Origin: an uncultured Clostridia bacterium
GTDB taxonomy: Bacteria; Bacillota; Clostridia; Christensenellales; UBA1242
Direction: 5' to 3'
Assembly: GCA_947366645.1 (NCBI GenBank)
Contig: CANBAX010000001.1
Location: 1 to 46,568 of the forward strand
DNA length: 46,568 nt
Shown: positions 43,475 to 46,568 of the stretch, one piece after another
How positions within the stretch are numbered: the stretch's first letter is position 1
Layout: each line of letters begins with the position of its first letter
The notes under the pieces: generated by a model
Databases searched by the model: none
Told to the model about the DNA's origin: nothing
The model's input: only the letters and a program-made list of their open reading frames with translations
Translations under genes and position numbers: made by a program

Positions 43475-44089
43475 TTATATCACTATTATTACATTTGCAT
43501 TGAATATAAGAAGAAGTATGGTTTCAATAAGGCAAACTATTGCAAGGATAAGGGCAAAACAAAGAATTGTTTTCATTTTGCCACCCTTTCCACCATAACA
43601 TCTATTGTCGCAGTTATTCTTATTTAACATAAAGAAATAAAGGGTTAAAAGCAAGATTAAAAATACTTGGCAAGGCAGAATAACGAAAATAGAGATAATG
43701 ATACCTGACACGCCATAAGTAAGAAGCATTAGGCAAAAATTAAAACCTAATAAATAGGAGCGAAAGGCAAGCAATATAATTGCAAGTGGAGTGAGAAAAG
43801 GTGTAAAACTACAGCCAAACAGTAGTAGCATTACAAGGATACAGGAAAGAAGTCTTGAAAAAAATGTGGTGGTCACTCCACTACCCACAAACTTTACAAT
43901 ACCATAATCCTTTAACACATTTAAAGAGGCATCTGAGTTGTATTGTACCGCGAGTATTATACCTAATACCAAACTTACAAACAGTATGAATGAGGTAATT
44001 ATAATTTTGGTTTTAGATGCACTTAGGCAGTCTAGCACATAATATTTTAGCTCTGCGAAAAAGGTCTGTTTTTTGTAAGATTTTGACAT
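43475..44089 (-). CDS. polytopic membrane protein, possibly SpoIIM-like
   Basis: 204 aa with about 5 TM helices. Size and topology resemble stage II sporulation protein M. The assignment is weak. Confidence 0.4.
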   Translation of the reverse strand: MSKSYKKQTFFAELKYYVLDCLSASKTKIIITSFILFVSLVLGIILAVQYNSDASLNVLKDYGIVKFVGSGVTTTFFSRLLSCILVMLLLFGCSFTPFLTPLAIILLAFRSYLLGFNFCLMLLTYGVSGIIISIFVILPCQVFLILLLTLYFFMLNKNNCDNRCYGGKGGKMKTILCFALILAIVCLIETILLLIFNANVIIVI

Positions 44090-44170
44090 ATTTTAAAATA
44101 TGCGTAAGTCCCATTAGTTATGATAGGAAAATAATGGGTTATATAAAAAGAAAAAAGAGGACTTGACCTC

Positions 44171-45382
44171 TTAATATAATTCTTCTAGTTTGTGGGCAAG
44201 AATTTTGACATGCTCATAGGTTAACCCGCCTTGAAAATAAGCAATATAAGGTTTTTTGATAGGGCTGTCACAACTAAGTTCTATACTTGCACCCCCTACA
44301 AAGGTGCCAGCTGCCATAATAACCTTATCTTCATATCCTGGCATTGCCCATGGCATAGGTAGTGCAAAACTATCTACTGGCGAAATGGTCTGCACGGTTT
44401 GAACAAATTTGACAAGTTCCTCTTCGCTATTAAACACCACTGATTTTATGATATCATAGGCGTTTTCTTTTGATGCGGGTATAACTTTATAGCCTTTTTC
44501 TTCCATAACTTTACCGACAAGGTAACTTCCCTTAATTGCTTGTGCCACCGTATGAGGTGCAACAAATAGGCCTTGATAGAAAAGCCTATATCCGCCTTCG
44601 TAGGAGCCTACCTCAAGTAGCAGTGAGGGAGAGGTGAAACGAGTAGCAATTCTGTTTATTGCCTGTGTTGTTCCTACAATATATCCACCGGTGGGAGCAA
44701 GTCCACCACCCGTGTTTTTTATTAATGACCCGACAGCAACATCTGCACCAACTTCGGTTGGCTCTTTCATTTCAACAAATTCTCCATAACAGTTGTCGAC
44801 AACTATATAACTTCCCTTTGGCATGACCGCTCGCACCCTACTAAAAGCATTTTCTAGTGTTTCTATAGATAAGGCATTACGACTTGAATATCCACGCGAA
44901 CGTTGGAAAAAAATTACCTTTGGTTTTTTAGATTTTACACGTTTTACAAGAGTGTCAATATCTATTTCACCATTTTTAAGGTCTACTTGCTGGTAAGAGA
45001 TATTAAAATCTTGAAGCGAGCCATTTTCTTTACCAAATATAGTATCATGGAGAGTATCATATAACTCACCTGTAGCGGAAAGCAAAAGGTCGTTTGGGCG
45101 TAAAAGCCCGAAAAGCACTATTGAAATAGCATGAGAGCCACAGGTTATTAATGGCGAAACAATTCCGCTTTCGGTGCCAAAAACTTCGGCATAGACTTTT
45201 GACAGTTTATCTCTGCCCATATCATCATATCCATAACCGGTGCTTCCAGCAAAGCACTGAGAGGTTATCTTATTATTTATAAAGGCATTTAAAACCTTAT
45301 TTTGATTAAATAGTGCTATTTTGTCCACCCTATCAAATTGACTTTGCAAGGCTTTTTCTAATTTTTCTAATTTCATAGCCAC
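44171..45382 (-). CDS. PLP-dependent methionine gamma-lyase-family protein (YnbB / aluminium-resistance family)
   Basis: 403 aa. FAGSTGYGYDDMGRDKL..VYAEVFG.E...V.P...SG.HAI is the typical N-terminus of this family. It lies downstream of miaA, as in many Firmicutes. Confidence 0.75.
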   Translation of the reverse strand: MAMKLEKLEKALQSQFDRVDKIALFNQNKVLNAFINNKITSQCFAGSTGYGYDDMGRDKLSKVYAEVFGTESGIVSPLITCGSHAISIVLFGLLRPNDLLLSATGELYDTLHDTIFGKENGSLQDFNISYQQVDLKNGEIDIDTLVKRVKSKKPKVIFFQRSRGYSSRNALSIETLENAFSRVRAVMPKGSYIVVDNCYGEFVEMKEPTEVGADVAVGSLIKNTGGGLAPTGGYIVGTTQAINRIATRFTSPSLLLEVGSYEGGYRLFYQGLFVAPHTVAQAIKGSYLVGKVMEEKGYKVIPASKENAYDIIKSVVFNSEEELVKFVQTVQTISPVDSFALPMPWAMPGYEDKVIMAAGTFVGGASIELSCDSPIKKPYIAYFQGGLTYEHVKILAHKLEELY

Positions 45383-46281
45383 TCCTTTATCTCTTTTTCA
45401 ATACTCTTTTGCGCAAGAACAAAGTCTTCCACATTTATTTCGCTTACATTATAAGTTTTTGCAAGCCCACGAAGATATGTGAGCTGTCTTTTTGCATAGT
45501 GACGAGTATTCTTTTTTATTTCGTCAACTAATTCAGATAATGTTATTTCTCCCTCTATATATTTCACTGTTTCTTTATATCCTATGGCAGTCATGGGTTG
45601 GCAGGACTTTTTAACGCCCTTTGCAAGCAGTGTTTCCACCTCTTTAACAAGCCCTTGTTGAAGCATAATGTCAACTCGGGCTTCTACTTTTTCATATAAC
45701 TGTTCTCTTGGAAGCGTTAAAGCAAAAATTTTAAAGTCATATGGGGGTGAACTTTTTGTCTGTTCTTTACCAAACTTTGCTATCTCTAACGCACGAATAA
45801 CCCTAACCTTATTATTTTTATCAATTTTTTTAGCTAGGTTTGCATCAAGATTCTCTAACTTTTTATAAACATAATATAGTCCATAATTTTCTATTTCTTT
45901 TTCAAGTCCTTTGCGATAGTCTTCATTTCTATTAGTACCACCAAAATTATAGCCACCAAGTAGTGCTGAAACATACAGACCTGTGCCACCGACAACTATT
46001 GGAATTTTGCCATGTTTAAAAATTTCTTCTATCTCTTTACGCGTGATATCTACAAAATCACTTACACTAAAATAATCGGCGGAGTTACAAATATCAATAT
46101 TATAATGTTTTACCCCCTCCATTTCTTTTGTTGTGATTTTGGCTGAGCCTATATCGAAGCCTCTATAAATTTGCACTGAATCCGAAGAAATAATCTCGCC
46201 ATTATATTTTTGAGCGAGTTTTATTGCCATTTTGCTTTTGCCAACGCCTGTTGAGCCAAATATGAATATTACTTTTTCCAT
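45373..46281 (-). CDS. miaA: tRNA dimethylallyltransferase
   Basis: The ORF track extends to 46422 through repeat units. The true start is most likely ATG 46281 (MEKVIFIFGSTGVGKSKMAIKLA, P-loop). Confidence 0.9.
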   Translation of the reverse strand: MEKVIFIFGSTGVGKSKMAIKLAQKYNGEIISSDSVQIYRGFDIGSAKITTKEMEGVKHYNIDICNSADYFSVSDFVDITRKEIEEIFKHGKIPIVVGGTGLYVSALLGGYNFGGTNRNEDYRKGLEKEIENYGLYYVYKKLENLDANLAKKIDKNNKVRVIRALEIAKFGKEQTKSSPPYDFKIFALTLPREQLYEKVEARVDIMLQQGLVKEVETLLAKGVKKSCQPMTAIGYKETVKYIEGEITLSELVDEIKKNTRHYAKRQLTYLRGLAKTYNVSEINVEDFVLAQKSIEKEIKEWL

Positions 46282-46291
46282 AGTTTTTTTT

Positions 46292-46568
46292 AAATTTCTC
46301 CACTGCGGTCGAAATGACAAGGTTAGGGAATAGATTTCTCCGCTTCGGGCTATCGCCCTTCGGTCGAAATGACAAAAAGGGTGCTTATCGAAATGACAGT
46401 GTAAGGGCGGTTGATATGACACCGCCTTAGGCGGTTTTTGACAATTTTTTAAAAGATTTCTCCGCGACGCCTACGGCTCTGGTCGAAATGACAAAGTGGG
46501 AAAAACGAGCTCTGGTCGAAATGACAAGGTTAGGGAATAGATTTCTCCGCTTCGGGCTATCGCCCTTC
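46292..46568 (+). repeat. mosaic repeat cluster R16, continuing past the window end
   Basis: A units 46292-46319 (minimal), 46332-46374, 46454-46493 and 46539-46568 (cut by the window edge). Short unit 46514-46526. Degenerate units 46386-46398 and 46409-46421. Hairpin CCGCCTTAGGCGG 46422-46434. A 43-nt block at 46319-46361 is repeated at 46526-46568. Confidence 0.9.

Noticed and set aside
46282-46422. A 47-aa N-terminal extension of MiaA (MSYQPPLHCHFDKHPFCHFDRRAIARSGEIY...).
   Set aside because: The extension is translated repeat units. The P-loop protein starts naturally at MEKVIFIFGSTGVGKSK (ATG 46281), which matches the usual MiaA N-terminus.

Overview
This 46.6-kb window is core chromosome from a low-GC, endospore-forming Firmicute (Clostridia-like). 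I call about 44 protein genes, roughly 35 of them on the minus strand, and nearly all are housekeeping or sporulation genes. In order they are thrS (behind a Thr T-box), ytxC-like, DUF1292, ruvX, polA, rarA, RNase P RNA, sigK, ftsY, smc, rnc, plsX, rpmF, ackA, pta, ylbJ-like, a HIT-RNase HI fusion, a GlmU acetyltransferase-only gene plus glmM, tRNA-Ser(GGA), mnmA, a class III nucleotidyl cyclase, an M50 (SpoIVFB-like) protease, scpB/scpA, a dacB-like gene, ynbB-like and miaA. The most interesting signal is non-coding. Almost every intergenic gap longer than about 100 nt is filled by a modular repeat family. Its basic hairpin unit is AGATTTCTCCGC-[variable hairpin]-GGTCGAAATGACA. There are also 5'-truncated short units, a paralogous GGATTCTTC...TCAGAATGACA unit and several accessory modules. 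By manual count there are about 35 full units and about 50 copies of the 12-mer GTCGAAATGACA in 16 clusters, about 3.4 kb or roughly 7 percent of the window. Every copy I saw is on the + strand. One copy sits in frame inside polA. One cluster lies between the thrS T-box terminator and the thrS start codon. Stem positions show compensatory changes, so the hairpins appear to be under selection. I do not recognise the family as any described repeat class, and no mobilising enzyme is encoded in the window. Secondary items are: a roughly 200-nt structured element in two copies that begins with a SpoIIID-consensus box; a 273-nt tandem duplication of a gene 3' end plus that element; an 85-nt module at two stop codons; an orphan MuF-C/DUF6883-like plus DUF4926-like gene pair next to tRNA-Ser; and a degenerate DAC-like protein. 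All protein family calls come from motif recognition by eye. No database search was run.
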